Source: Mobula birostris | Lineage: Eukaryota | Length of the DNA stretch: 64,000 nucleotides | Assembly (NCBI RefSeq): GCF_030028105.1 | Contig: NC_092370.1 | Span: forward strand, 119,190,221 to 119,254,220 | Direction: 5' to 3' | Shown: piece after piece, positions 26,222-40,284 of the stretch | Numbering within the stretch: the stretch's first letter is position 1 | How the letters are laid out: each line of letters starts with the position of its first letter | The notes under the pieces: generated by a model | Told to the model about the DNA's origin: nothing | Databases searched by the model: none | What the model saw: only the letters and a program-made list of their open reading frames with translations | Program-made: the position numbers and the translations under genes

Positions 26222-26940
26222 AGATTCTGAAGGTGCTGAAAATCTCGAGCAACACACACACTGGGGAAACTCTGCAGGCCTGGGGGCATCTATGGATAGG
26301 GTTGCCAAATGTCCCGTATCAGCCAGTACATCCCGTATATTGGGCTAAATTGGTTTGTCCCATACGGGACCGCTCTTGTTCCGTATTTCCCCTGCTAAGG
26401 TAGAGCGTTCCTATGAATCCTTTCGTGTTGAAATGGCGTAAAGTGAAGAAGCAATTACCGTTAATTTATATGGGAAAAATTTTTGAGCATTCCCAGACCC
26501 AAAAAATAACCTACCAAATCATACCAAATAACACATAAAACCTAAAATAACACTAACATATAGTAAAAGCAGGAGTGATATGATAAATACACAGCCTATA
26601 TAAAGTAGAAATAATGTATGTACAGTGTAGTTTCACTGAACAGGATCGCCAAAACCGATTTGTAGAAAAAAATGGGCACGTACATGTGTGCACACGTCAT
26701 GTATGCGCACGTCATGTATGCGCACGTCACGCATGCACACACAGGCGCATACGCAAGGCTTCATGGTCATGGTAGTCTTTCTCGGGATAAACACAAGTGC
26801 TCCGTACTTGACTGCTACTTTTGTCCCTTATTTGGGAGTGAGAAAGTTGGCAACCCTATCTATGGAGGAGAATAAACAGTCGATGCTTCGGGCTGAGGCC
26901 CTTCATCAGGACTCGACTTCCTCCAGCATTTTGTGTGTTT
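26222..26940 (-). mobile_element. Penelope-derived short element (terminus + hammerhead + short inverted arm), split by a hAT MITE
   Basis: Joining 26222-26296 to 26867-26940 restores GCATCTATGGAGGAGAATAAACAGTCGATGCTTCGGGCTGAGGCCCTTCATCAGGACT, followed by inverted TTCCTCCAGCATTTTGTGTG. Confidence 0.8.
26297..26858. mobile_element. Complete 562-bp hAT MITE
   Basis: Perfect 12-bp TIRs TAGGGTTGCCAA/TTGGCAACCCTA; perfect 8-bp TSD TCTATGGA at 26289-26296 and 26859-26866. Confidence 0.95.
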
Positions 26941-26949
26941 ATTACTTCT

Positions 26950-27881
26950 GATCCCACAATCTCTTATCCGAAATCCTTGGGACCAGTTGCATTTCGGAAT
27001 TCAGAATTTTTTGGATTTCAGAAAATCCATAATTATATTGATAATTAACCTGTTTCAGCCGGTGGACTTTAGGACCCNNNNNNNNNNNNNNNNNNNNNNN
27101 NNNNNNNNNNNNNNNNNNNNNNNNNNNNNNNNNNNNNNNNNNNNNNNNNNNNNNNNNNNNNNNNNNNNNNNNNNNNNNNNNNNNNNNNNNNNNNNNNNNN
27201 NNNNNNNNNNNNNNNNNNNNNNNNNNNNNNNNNNNNNNNNNNNNAGAGAACTTCCGGGTTTTCCTGATCCACGCTCTTTTACAAATGCTATTACAGTTTA
27301 TTTATAGAGTAATATACTGATAAATGAAATAGTGGGATAATTATAGACCATAAATACACTAGTACATTTTATTTCCAACAAAAACATTCAATAAAATATA
27401 AAAATATACAGCTTCAAACGAACCGAATCAAACACATGGTAAATGACTTATTGGAATAAATGTAGAACGTAAATTCTCTAGGACATATACAGGTTCAAGC
27501 TAAGCTAAATATGTACAGGTACCTCTAGTTAAGTTGCATTACGTCTGGCAAACAAAGCTAAGTACTCTACAGATACCTGATGGGCCTGGAACAGGATTCT
27601 CAAGTTATGAAGCAGCACTACGACAGACGGCGTTTTTAAAGATTTCTTCAACTGTCATCTGTCTCACTAACATAGGTTTACGTCTAAGCAATCTCTCTTT
27701 AACTGAGTAAACTGCCATAATCTCTTACTCACTGATAAATGCACATTGCTCAATTAACTTGAATTGAGTGACGTCAGCTGTTGGCACGCCAAACAAGCCT
27801 TGTTACGACACCCTCCACACTCCACTTTGGTTTTTGGAGCTTTTCAGTTTTCAGAATTTCAGATAGGGGATTGTGGACCCG
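26950..27881. mobile_element. Tigger-like non-autonomous DNA transposon spanning the assembly gap
   Basis: Inverted ends CCACAATCTCTTATCCGAAAT ... ATTTCAGATAGGGGATTGTGGACCCG|TA. Confidence 0.65.
27078..27244. other. Assembly gap (167 N)
   Basis: Run of n characters. Confidence 1.
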
Positions 27882-27887
27882 TACTAG

Positions 27888-28152
27888 GGCACAGAAACAT
27901 GCCCTTCGGCCCATCCTGTCCATACCAACCTGATCATCTACTTGTACCCAAACCCCACTCATCCATGTACTTATCCAAACTTCCCTTAAATGTTTCAAAT
28001 AAACCCACCTCTACCACTTCCACTGGCAGGTTATTCCATTCTTCCACCACCCTCTGAGTGAAGAAGTTTCCCTTCACACTTCCCCTGAATTTTCGGCCTT
28101 TCACCAGAAACCTATGACCTCTAGTTCTAGCTTCATCCAACCTGAGGGGAAA
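27888..28152 (-). mobile_element. CR1 3' tail fragment
   Basis: RTRGHRF...NFFTQRVVEEWNNLP...FKGSLDKYM. Confidence 0.85.
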
Positions 28153-29074
28153 AGTAATATTCGGAAAACCATGAGGCACACTGCTTCCCTGTTCATACAA
28201 GAATACTTTAATCCTATCTGAAACGTTGATTTGAAAACACAAAATTAGAAGGAAGTGAAGACAATATAATAGCCTTCAGACACAGCACAACCTCACTTTC
28301 CATGTAACAGCATTAAATGGCCTTTACGATGTAGTCAGTGTGGTTGCAAAAACCCACCACAGGATCAGGAAATTGCTGTGGTGCCTTTGTTAAATGCAAG
28401 GATTTTTTTGTGGCATGTTACTGCATTAAATATACACTCTTTCAAGTTTGTTTTAAAGGTTCAGCATGTTGAGAACTACATCCAGCAGGTCTTGTGATTT
28501 AGTCTTCTCCGTGTTGACCTTGATGCCTGGAGTGTGCAGAGATGCTGCAAAAGGTCCTTGGCTTATCCACGCCAAATCAGTTTCTAAAGGTGGTGTGAAA
28601 GACCGGGACACACAAACACTTTTGCCTGAAACACAGTCATGTTTTTCAATCTGATGAACAGAGGGCAAGGATAAAGAGAGTGTCGGTGAGAGATAGTCAT
28701 CCACAGGCTAACCAGGCACAGGTTCCTTCTGATAACAAGGAAAGCCAATACTCCTTCAGTTGAGCAGCTTCCAACAGCAGCACCCTACCAGGTGAAGGAG
28801 AATCTCTCGGTGATGTCTTGATATCAGCTCTGGTATTCTCTCAGTGCTGTTCTGATAATGGGCCCAGTTCTCCCATGGTGAAGTCTTGGAAGAATTCTGT
28901 AAGAAAATAACTGAATTAGATGTGTTGGTAACAGTGCAGGGGAACCACCCTGGCAGATGTTCTACATTACATCACACCGATCATCCAGATTATCCGATCA
29001 TTACCATCTGTTTCTATTACTTGATGAATGTCAGATGGAGAGCTGCCTTCATTTGTTCCATCACCCACTGAAGT

Positions 29075-29528
29075 GGTGTGTCCCACATATGTTCCACTAC
29101 ATATTGGTATAGTGTATCTCATTTTTGTCCCACTACGGTGGGTTTGTTAAACGTGCTCCATCACATGCTGAGGTAATGTGTCCCACATATATTGCATTAC
29201 ATGCTAAGAGTGTATCCCACATAAGTTCCATCATACCTTAGGCCATGTGTCCCACATAAGTTCCATCATACCCTAGGGCATGTGTCCCACATATGTTCCA
29301 TCAGTTGGTGGAGTACTGCATCCCACAAGTATTCCATCAGATGGTGGGGTAGCATGTCCCACACGTGTTCTATGAAATTGAGGGTGTATGTCCCACACAT
29401 GTTCCATCATACACTGGGCTAGTGTGTCCTACACATGTTCCATCACACACACCAGGGAAGTGTGTCCCACACGTGTTCCATCACACATGCCAGGGAAGTT
29501 TGTTCCACACATGTTCTATCACACACTA
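29075..29528. repeat. Degenerate ~33-35 bp minisatellite, ~13 copies
   Basis: Recurring core GTGTCCCACA(C/T)ATGTTCCATCA. Confidence 0.85.
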
Positions 29529-29532
29529 TGGC

Positions 29533-31050
29533 AGCCTTTCTCAACCTTCTTGCCCTGGAGGAATCCTTGAAATAATTTTCACGTCTCAGGGAACCCCTGC
29601 ATAAAAATTATTATGTCTGCAGGTCATGGTACGCTAGAATGATCAGTAAGTTGTAGATATAATAATCCAAAAATAATTGCCTCTGCTATTTTGAATAGAG
29701 AATGAAATTTTAGCTTACCTTTCTTGAAATTAATCTCTTTCTTTCCCTTTCATAAATTGAAAAAAATTTATAAGGCAAACATATAAATGTCTCAATTCTG
29801 GGTCAAACTTGAGATAAGTAAGCATGGATTTCACCTTCAACTGAAATTAGACGATTTCTATCCTTGCTCTTGAAGCTTGTTAAACAAGAAAAAGCTTGCT
29901 CACACATGTAAGAAGTTGAAAACTGTAGCAAAATGTTCATTGCTTTTCTGTGAATGGCAGGATACTGTTCTTTTGCAGAATCCAGAACTTGTCCAGGGGC
30001 AGTTTAGTAAATCTCGTCTTGAGTGCATGATCAGAGTGCAGTTCACAAAGTTCTTCCTCTTCTCTCAAAGTCAAGTGATCAGGCTGAGTGGAAGATACAG
30101 AGAAAGGGTCCCTCACCCAGCCATACACGTGTTGAAAGGGAGGAAAAATACTATTCAACTTTGTTCTACAGTTCTTCCAGGTGGCTTTCAATAAGACTCG
30201 AGACTTCCTTATATCCTTCTTCACTCTCAAGCCCAGGCAGCAGTGGAAACATTTCAGGATTTCCTCTTGCAACATGATTTTTCCAAAGATTCTGTTTCTT
30301 TTTCAATTCAAGAATCATGTCACTTGAAGTCAAAATGTTTTCCCTAGGGCCTTGTAGAGACTTGTTTAACTGGTTCATATGATGAAACATGTCTGTTAAA
30401 TAGACTAGTTTCTTCAGCCATTCTTCATCTTCAAAGCACTCAGCAAAATTTGGTCTACAATTTTCCTGAAATTACTCCTTCAATTCACCTGTCAGCTCAA
30501 AGACCTTGTTGAGAACTCTTCCTCGCTAAGCCAACAGATTTCCGTATGTAGCAGGAGATATGTGTGCTCTTTGTTTAGGTTTTCACACAGTTTTATAAAC
30601 ATTCTCTTGTGAACTGGTCTTAAAGCTACTAAATAATTTGCTTCCTGAGTCCTTTTACTGACTGAGACTTTATTTTCAAAAGCTTTAATCTGCTTGTTTT
30701 GAGATTCCAATAGTCATATAAAATAATCAGCACTTTTATGTTTCATATAGCTGTCATTTATAGTTAAGTATCTTTTCAATTTTGCCTGAGTCGTTGCTAC
30801 ACTTGTACGTTGTTTGCCACAGTCTAGGCACAATGGAATAGGACAACTTGGATCTCCAGTCCATGTAAAACCTATTGATAAGTAGCTTTCATTGTAAGGA
30901 CGGACTTGTTTTGTGTCTGTTGGACTAGTGCAGTGAAATAACTCAGAAGATTGTAATTCTTCACCACTAACGTTATCAGAGTTGTCCATAGGCACACAAC
31001 CCCTTAAATTTGTAAATTTGGAAGAGACTTACTGAAATGAACTTGTGTGA
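29533..31050 (-). mobile_element. Decayed hAT Charlie/Buster transposon (ZBED5/FAM200-like transposase fragments)
   Basis: BED-finger remnant RPYNESYLSIGFTWTGDPSCPIPLCLDC..KLKRYL; LLLHTEICWLS; NQLNKSLQG; terminal CAGCCTTTCTCAACC at 29533. Confidence 0.88.
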
Positions 31051-33937
31051 TGATAAATCAGAATCAGGTTTTTTTTTTCACTGACTTAAATGACATAAAA
31101 TTTGTTTTGTGGCAGCAGGACAGTGCAGAGATATAAAATTGCTTTAAATTACAAAAATTATATATTTTATAATTATATAAAAGGAAGGAATAATGAGGGA
31201 TTGTTCACGGGTTCATGGACCATTGAGAATCTGATTTTGGAAAGGAAGAAGCTGTTTCTGAATCATTGAGTGTGAATCTTCTGGCTCATATACCTTCTCT
31301 GCAATAGTAGTAATGAAAAGATGATGTGCTCTGGATGGTGAGGATTCTTTGTAATGGAAGCTGTCTTCTTGGAGCACTACCCCTTAATGATATCCTTGAT
31401 GGTGTGTAAGTTTGTGCCCATGACAGACATTAGTTCTGTGCATAGACCAGCGAAGACGAGTTTGTTCTTCCTGGAACACAGGAGGTTGTGAGGAGATCTC
31501 CAAGGAGTCTATATTCACAAACGGTATACTCTGTGGATGGAGAGCACCTTTGCACACTTGTGGAGAGGTGAATCAAGGAACAGAGATGAAGGTGATTGAC
31601 AAAAAAAAAGATCATAAAGTGAGGAAAAGCATTCTTTACAGAGCAAATGGCGAGGGCTCAGAGTGCACTCTCCAGTGGTACTGGGGCAGGTTCGACAGTG
31701 GCATTCAAAAGGGAGCTGTATAAATACTGTATCTGAAAGGAAAGAATTTGCTGGGCTCTGAGTTTGGACCAGTACAAACTCGACAGGCTGAATGACCTAC
31801 TTTTGTACAGCTACCATTTTATAAGGCTGTAAATTGGCAGCTTCATTTTGCATATTACAGGGACTAGACTTCTGAAATAGCTTCATTGGTCTTGAATGCT
31901 CAGGGTACCTAAGGATTGGAGAAATGCTGTAGAAATGCAGAGTTCACTCATTCATGACTTAGTTTTAAAATTTTAATATAGATTTCCACTTCTGAGACTG
32001 AAACCAATAGTCCAGACCAGCCCCTTTCATTGAGTACAGCACTCTACCAATCTCATTCCACAAGTTAATCTGTTTGACAAATTTTGCAGGCTTAAAAATA
32101 AACACAGCTCCATTTCCTAAAATGGTTTGTCTGTAATTGACTCTTTCTTGAAGTGATAGTCTAGTATCAGATTAAAGTTTTCAAAAAAAGCAATACTGGG
32201 CAGGCAACAGCTTCTATTCAAAGCCTATAATTTTTAAACATGTCATTCTTGGATCAGACAACTATTGGCAAAGATATGACTGAACAAGGTTACGATGAGC
32301 AGTTTTAAAACTATTACAAGTCAGACTGATTGCACCAGATATGGATGTTGGAATTTTGTCTGTGATTTCAGTCTTTCTTTTTCCCTTTCAATGAGTGATG
32401 AGTAAGAAGCTGATGACGTGAGTCTTTGGCCATGAGAAGACTGTATATATGGTTGGAGACTCACAATAGATCTCAGTGAGTGTTTTAGGATAAAGGCTGT
32501 CTCATTATCTCTTCAAAGTATCCATGTGGTATCTCTGTTAGTGAAGTTTGTAATCCTGTTTAGAACAGGACTGGGCCATGAGTGAGTAAAGATCAAACAT
32601 TGTACTGCTCTCTGTAGACAAGACAGATTAAGGAAAGCTTTGTCCAGCTATTGCGATTACTTTCAGAATACACGAGTATGAAGGCAAACGTGGTACATCT
32701 CACAAGATGAATGATGAGCTAAAAGCAATGCCTATGTTACATAAGGATTCTCTTCTTGAGAAATGTCTGCAAACTGATTTATCTTTAAGTCCAAAACACG
32801 TGTATGTGTATTGTGTTGCTTTACATTCACTTACTATAGTTCATTATTTCATAGAACATAGAACACGCCAGCACAGGAACAAACCTTCCAGACCATTATG
32901 TTGTGCCAAAATAATAACGCAAATCATGCCCAGCAAATCTAATCCCTTCAATTAAATTCCATTGAATAACCCCCTAACATTACCTACAATTAAACTGTAT
33001 ATACTATAATCATTCATTAATGAATACTATGAAATATTTTATGATTCGTATTAGTATCTTGTAAAATGCTTGGGAGAATCTGCATAGAGTCAAATTTCTG
33101 TAAGTCAGGTCATTTGTAAACTGGGAAGATCAGTTTATAAATTCAGTTTATAACTTGAGTGTTATGAACATGAAAAATAGGAGCAGGACCATTCAGCCTC
33201 TCAAAGCTGCTCTAGGATCCAATGGAGATTATGGCTGATCTTCCACTTCTCTGGCACTTTCCTGCTCTTTCTCCATAACCCTTACAGTGGTGCTGGTCAA
33301 GTCTGCCAAGGTATCAGATGTTCTCCTATATCGAATGTAATGGCATCCACTCAAAACCAGAGAGCAGGGCCTCAGCTGAACACCTCACTCTGTGTGCCTA
33401 ACAATGACCAAATCCTGCTCCTGCTGTATATCCATCTCAGCACAGGGGCCACCACCTTTCTAATGTAGATGCAGCAGGGCAGCCCACTGAACTGCACACA
33501 CCATTAATACGCCTTGGTTTAACAACACCTTACACTAACAACATGCCCCTAGATTCCTGCGTCAGCCAGATGCATTTCAGATCAACACTTATAGAGTTTA
33601 TAGAGTCATACAACACAGAAACAGGCCCCTTGGCCCAACTCATCCATGTCAACCAAAATACCCACATGAACTAGCCTCATTTATCCCCATTTACCCCATA
33701 TCCCTCTAAAAGTTTCCTATTCATATAATTCTTTCCCTTCCCACCTTAAACCTATGCCCTCGAGTTTTTGATTCCCTTTCCTGAGCTAGAAAGACTGTCT
33801 ATGCCCCTCACAATTTTGTGCATCTCTATAAAGTCACTCCACAGTCTCTGTGCTCCAAGCAAAACATGATGAGAGCATCACGTGTATTATAGGAAGGGCA
33901 TGAAACAAACTGAAATCTTCTCACTAGAACACTATAT

Positions 33938-36170
33938 TGTTCCCTCCACAATACTCTGCATCAGCAACCTCGAGGACAGTGAGGAAATGGTCGGAGGAGG
34001 CTTATGAGGCGCTCCAGGGTTGTTTTGAGGTGACAGACTGGCAGGCACTCTGTGAGCCACATGGAGAGGATATTGATGGGCTCACAGAGTGCATCACTGA
34101 TTACATCAACTTCTGTGTGGACTGCAATGTTCCGGCAAGAACTGTCCTTTGTTATACAAATAGCAAGCCATGGGTGACAAAGGACATTAAGGACATACTG
34201 AACACTAAAAAGAGGGCGTTTAGAGATGGAAATAGGGAGGCACTGGGGTCAATACAGAGGGACCTGAAAGCCAGGATCAGGGAGGCTAAAGACAGGTACA
34301 GGAGGAAGCTTAAGTGGAAACTCCAACAGAACAACATGAGAGAGGTCTGGAGGGGGATGAGGACCATCACTGGGTTCCAGCAAACTAGCAACAGAGGAGC
34401 GGAAGGCAATGTGGACAGGGCCAATGAACTTAACCTGTTCTTGAACAGAATTGACATTGTGGCCCCTGCCCATCTCCCACATGAGCCATCTGTTGTCGAC
34501 CCCCAACCAACACATATTCCACTCTCCCCTCCTACCCCTCCTCACAGTCCCTCACCCTGCTCTCATGACTATACCCCTTCCCCACACGAAGCCACCACGG
34601 TGGGCTTCATAACTGAACAGGTGAGAAGACAGCTGAAACATCTCAACCCAAGCAAGGCTGTAGGACTGGATGGTGTCAGTACCAGGGTGCTCAAAGCCTG
34701 TGCCCCTCAGCTATGTGGAGTACTTCGCCATGTATTCAACCTGAGCCTCCGGAGGGTTCCTGTACTGTGGAAGACGTCCTGCCTTGTCCCTGTGCCGAAG
34801 ACGCCGTGCCCCAGATGCCTCAATGACTACAGACCAGTGGCATTGACCTCCCACATCATGAAGACCCTGGAGAGACTTGTTCTGGAGCTGCTCCAGTCTA
34901 TGGTCAGGTCACATTTAGATCCCCTCCAGTTCGCCTACCAGCCCCGACTAGGAGTTGAGGATGCCACCGTCTACCTGCTGAACCGTGTCTACGCCCACCT
35001 GGACAAGCCAGCGAGCACTGTGAGGGTCATGTTTTTTGACTTCTCCAGTACGTTCAACATCATCCGCCCTGCTCTGCTGGGGGAGAAGCTGACAGCGATG
35101 CAGGTGAATGCTTCCCTGGTATCATGGATTCTTGATTACCTGACTGGCGGACCACAGTACGTGTGCTTGCAACACTGTGTGTCCGACAGAGTGGTCAGCA
35201 GCATTAGGGCTCCACAGAGGACTGTCTTGTCTCCATTTCTCTTCACCATTTACACCTCGGACTTCAACTACTGCACAGAGTCTTGTCTCTTCAGAAGTTT
35301 TCGGATGACTCTGCCATAGTTGGATGCATCAGCAAGGGAGATGAGGCTGAGTACAGGGCTACAGTGGGAAACTTTGTCACATGGTGTGAGCAGAATTATC
35401 TGCAGCTTAATGTGAAAAAGACTAAGGAGCAGGTGGTAGACCTGAGGAGAGCTAATGTACCGGTGACCCCTGTTTCCATCCAGGGGTTCAGTGTGAATAT
35501 GGTGGAGGATTACAAATATCTGGGGATACGAATTGACAATAAACTGGACTGGTCAAAGAACACTGAGGCTGTCTACAAGAAGGGTCAGAGCCGTCTCTAT
35601 TTCCTGAGGAGACTGAGGTCCTTTAACATCTGCCGGACAATGCTGAGGATGTTCTACGAGTCTGTGGTGGCCAGTGCTATCATGTTTGCTGTTGTGTGCT
35701 GGAGCAGCAGGCTGAGGGTAGCAGACACCAACAGAATCAACAAACTCATTCGTAAGGCCAGTGATGTTGTGGGGATGGAACTGGACTCTCTCACGGTGGT
35801 GTCTGAAAAGAGGATGCTGTCTAAGTTGCATGCCATCTTGGTCAATGTCTCCCATCCACTACATAATGTATTGGGTGGGCACAGGAGTACATTCAGCCAG
35901 AGACTCATTCCACCGAGATGCAGCACAGAGCGTCATAGGAAGTCATTCCTGCCTGTGGCCATCAAACTTTACAACCCCTCCCTTGGAGGGTCAGACACCC
36001 TGAGCCAATAGGCTGGTCCTGACTTATTTCATAATTTACTGGCATAACTTACATATTACTATTTAGCTATTTATGGTAATATTACTATTTATTATTTATG
36101 GTGCAACTGTAACGAAAACCAATTTCCCCCGGGATCAATAAAGTATGATTATGACTATGACTATGACTAC
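33938..36170 (+). mobile_element. Young 5'-truncated Rex1 LINE (RT with one frameshift near 35290)
   Basis: NDYRPVALTSHIMKTLERL, DPLQFAYQP, MFFDFSSTFN, KFSDD, RLYFLRRLRSF; (ATGACT)n tail; possible CTATAT TSD. Confidence 0.95.
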
Positions 36171-36514
36171 CTATATAGCACTATTTGAATAATGAATAAT
36201 CACAAGGAGCACCACATAATCAGGAAAACTGAGTCTGAGCTGCTCAAGAAGAGACGAAGGTGGGCCAAAAGCCCGGAGAAAGCTTTTCAGGGAGCACTTT
36301 AGATCTCTGAGGCAATCGGCTTCAGAAAGCTTCACCTTATTCAGTAAACAATGCCCTTTCAGTAGACCAGGAGAAGCCAAGAAAGGGAACAATGGACTGA
36401 GGAGAATTCAGGGGAAATTCACACCTTCAACTGATTTACAAACGCCATGGTATAAAGAGTAAACGCAGATGAGGCCCTTCAACAGGAGCAGGTGGTACAA
36501 GTGATGCTGTCAAT

Positions 36515-37160
36515 ACCCTGGGGGTTACCATTAATATGAAACTGAACTGTAGTAGCCATATACACTGAGTGGTTACATGAACAGCTCAGAGGCTAAGAAT
36601 TCCACAGTCAGCAACTCACCTCCTAACTCCACAAAGCCAGTCCACCATCTGCAAAGCTTAAGTGTGAAGATCCACTCTCAACCTGCCCGGATAAACATAG
36701 CTTCATCAAGAAACAAGAAGCTTTGACACCATCCAGGCTGTAGCAGTCAGCCTGAGGGACAGCGCATCTGCAATCATACACTCACTCCACCACCGACACA
36801 CATTAACAGCAGCGTGTGCCATCTGCAGGATGTATTGCCAAAACTCATGAAGAATCCTTGGACAGCATTTTCCAAATCCATTACCTATACCAGCTAGAAG
36901 GACAAAAGCAGTAAAAGCAAGGGGACCAGCACCAAATGGAAGTTGCTCTCCAAGCCACACACCATCCTGACTTGGAAATATATCACTGTTCTGTCACTAT
37001 CAGAGAGTCAAATTCCTGGGACTCCTTCCTTAACAGGACAGTAGGTGTACCCAGCCTTCAAGGTCTGCAGCTGCTCTGCACCACATTCTTGAGGGCAACT
37101 AGGGAGGGGCAATTAAATGCTGGCCCCATCTGAAAAGCCCCCAGCACTTGAATGAATAAA
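36515..37160 (+). mobile_element. Old L2/CR1-group LINE 3' fragment; a related piece is at ~55460-55760 on the minus strand
   Basis: Tail GGGCAACTAGGGAGGGGCAATTAAATGCTGGCC...GAATGAATAAA. Confidence 0.55.
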
Positions 37161-39105
37161 TAATTCTAATATGTGGTTTAAAGTGAGGGGAGAGATTTAA
37201 TAAGAACTTAAGGGGCAACTTCTTTTTACACAGAGGGTTAAGAATGAGCTGCCAGGGGAAGTGGTTGAGACAGGTACAACATCAACTTGTGAAACACAGT
37301 GGGACGGTTACATAGATTGAAATGGTTGTGTGCCAAGTGCTGGCAAATAGGGCTTGCTTGGATGGGCATCTTGGCTTGTGCTGTGTTCCAGTCTCTGAGG
37401 GCTCCTTTATCTTGTCCACCACTCCCACTGGCTGCTCAGAAATCTTCCTATTTCTTCTCCATGCTTCCAAACACTTACAACTTCCAAACTGAAGCCATAA
37501 CCCCTTGCTTGACCTTAAAAATCGACAGGAAGAGTTCACCACTCTGCCCGTTCATTGCCTGTTTGCTTCATTCACTAATAACCCCATGAGAGTGTGTGTT
37601 CATCACTGGCTTAGCCTCCGTCACTTTCCCTTCTGTTCCTCTGTAATTCTACCCTCCACCCACAAGCCGGATCTGGCTCCACTCATTAGCAACCGACACC
37701 AGAGAATTTCACAAGGATTTTTGCCGAATGCCTTTTGAACGAAAAGTGTGTTACATAAACTGTACTGAGTTCATTTACTGCCCTCATTCAGTTACTGTTT
37801 CAGGTAATTGCACCAGCTAGCAAAGGACAATCCCATTGCATCTACAACTCTACATGACTGGAGATAATACCTAAAATTGACACCATTGTCTTTGGGCATC
37901 TCTACCTCACCTGTCTCGGGTTCAAAGGTTAATTGGAATTGATTATGTATTGTCACATATACCGAGATATAGTAACAAGCTTTGCATGCCACCCAGACAG
38001 ATCGTTCCATACGTAAGAGCATAAGTCTTAAGTTCCCAGCGTGGTCTGACTTTTAAACCTTCAACATTCCATCCTTGCTTTTAAATTCTACTCCTCCTGA
38101 AATGGATGATAACATTGCATTTGCCTTGCTTACTACAGACTCAACCTCCAAGTTAACCTTTAGGGAATCCTGCACTGGAACTCCCAAGTCCCTTTACACA
38201 TCTGATTTCTGAATTCACCCTTCATTTAGAAAAATAGGCTCTGGCTTCATTCCTTCTATCAAAGTGCATGACCATCCACTTCCCTGGACTGTATTCCATC
38301 TACCATGTCTTTGCCCTTTGTCCTCACCTGTCCAATTCCTTCTGCAGGCTCCACGCTTCCTGAATACTATCTGCCCCCCCTCCTATTTTTGCAACATTTG
38401 CCAACTTGGCCACAAAACCATCAATTCTGCCATCCAGATCATTAGCATGTGCAATAGATTCTGGCTATTTGGGACACATGGGGACGAGTAAATCTTGGCC
38501 CAATTAAGCGGCTACCTCAATTAGCCGAAATTTCATGGAAAAAGGTATAAAAAAGATTAGTATTTAACTGATTAACAAATTATATATTTAAATAAAATTT
38601 TACCTTTAAATAAAATTATATTTTAAATTAAAATACCACTGGTGGTTGTCCATCGACTCTGACGATGACAGGAAACCTATGCAGGAGGGTTTTACAGTGG
38701 AGAAGCTGCTGCACTGAGGCAGTTCCACTCTCTTGACCTCAGAAGTTTGGGTCCAGTGGAAGCTGTAGACATTATAACTGGCGTCTTCCGTGGTTGCAAA
38801 GGATGACCATGGTTTCTTCTGTGCCTCGTTGTGCACTTCGGTCTCCACGAAGTGATGCAAAAGTGCCTTCTCATTGCAGATCTCATCCACTCAGTCCTAT
38901 GGAGATTACTTTGCATGCTAGGACAGGCATGGGGGTTTGGAGGCATCTCATGGGAGTATGAGCCTCGTTGGCTACTCTCACCTGGTTTAGCCTCCCTGCC
39001 ACAGCATTGTACCAGGGTGTCGCCACGGTCACAAGCAAACAGCAATTTGGATCCATAAGTGGGAGCTGAGTGTTTGGTGGGGATCAAAGGTAACTAACAT
39101 TCAAG

Positions 39106-40250
39106 ATAGAAACATAGAAACATAGTAAATAGGTGCAGGAGTAGGCCATTCAGTCCTTCGAGCCTGCACTGCCATTCATTACGGTCATGGCTGATCATCC
39201 AACTCAGAACCCTATACCTGCCTTCTCTCCATACTCCCTGATCCCTTTAGCCACAAAGGCCTTATCTAACTCCCTCTTAAATATAGCCAATGAACTGGCC
39301 TCAACTGTTTCCTGTGGCAGAGAATTCCACAGATTCACCACTCTCTGTGTGAAGAAGTTTTTCCTCACCTCAGTCCTAAAAGGCTTCCCCTTTATCCTCA
39401 AACTGTGACCCCTCATTCTGGACTTTCCCAACATCGGGAACAATCTTCCTCATCTAGCCTGTCCAATCCCTTTAGAATTTTATACGTTTCAATCAGATCC
39501 CCCCTCAATCTTCTAAATTCCAGAGAGTATAAGCCTAGTCGATCCAGTCTTTCATCATATGAAAGTCCTGCCATCCCAGGAATCAATCTGGTGAACCTTT
39601 GTACTCCCTCTATGGCAAGAATGTCTTTCCTCAGATTAGGGGACCAAAACTGCACACAATACTCCAGGTGTGGTCTCACCAAGCCCTTGTACAACTGCAG
39701 TAGAACCTCCCTGCTCCTGTACTCAAATCCTCTTGCTATGAAAGCCAGCATACCATTCGCCTTTTTCACCGCCTGCTGTACCTACATGCCCACTTTCAAT
39801 GACTGGTGTATAATGACACCCAGGTCTCGTTGCACCTCCCCTTTTCCTAATTGGCCACCATTCAGATAATAATCTGTTTTCCTGTTCTTGCCACCAAAGT
39901 GGATAACCTCACATTTATCCACATTAAATTACATCTGCCATTAATTTGCCCACTCACCTAACCTATCCAAGTCACCCTGCATCCTCTTAGCATCCTCCTC
40001 ACAGCTAACACTGCCGCCCAGCTTTGTGTCATCCGCAAACTTGGAGATGTTGCATTTAATTCCCTCATCTAAGTCATTAATATATATTGTAAACAACTGG
40101 GGTCCCAGCACTGAGCCTTGCGGTACCCCACTAGTCACTGCCTGCCATTCTGAAAAGGTCCTGTTTATTCCCACTCTTTGCTTCCTGTCTGCCAACCAAT
40201 TCTCTATCCACATCAATACCATACCCGCAATACCGTGTGCTTTAAGTTTG
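39106..40250 (-). mobile_element. Young CR1 3' fragment
   Basis: [39 protein letters not shown]; (TTTCTATG)n tail. Confidence 0.95.
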
Positions 40251-40284
40251 CTTTAAGATGATTGCCGATATCCTCACATTCTTT

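Noticed and set aside
29937-30995. ZBED5/ZBED8/FAM200 host gene
   Set aside because: Fragmented, internally deleted and frameshifted, with a TIR nearby.
31445-31570. Exon-like open frame SEDEFVLPGTQEVVRRSP...
   Set aside because: Nucleotide sequence reads as a decayed CR1 3' end continuing to ~31820.
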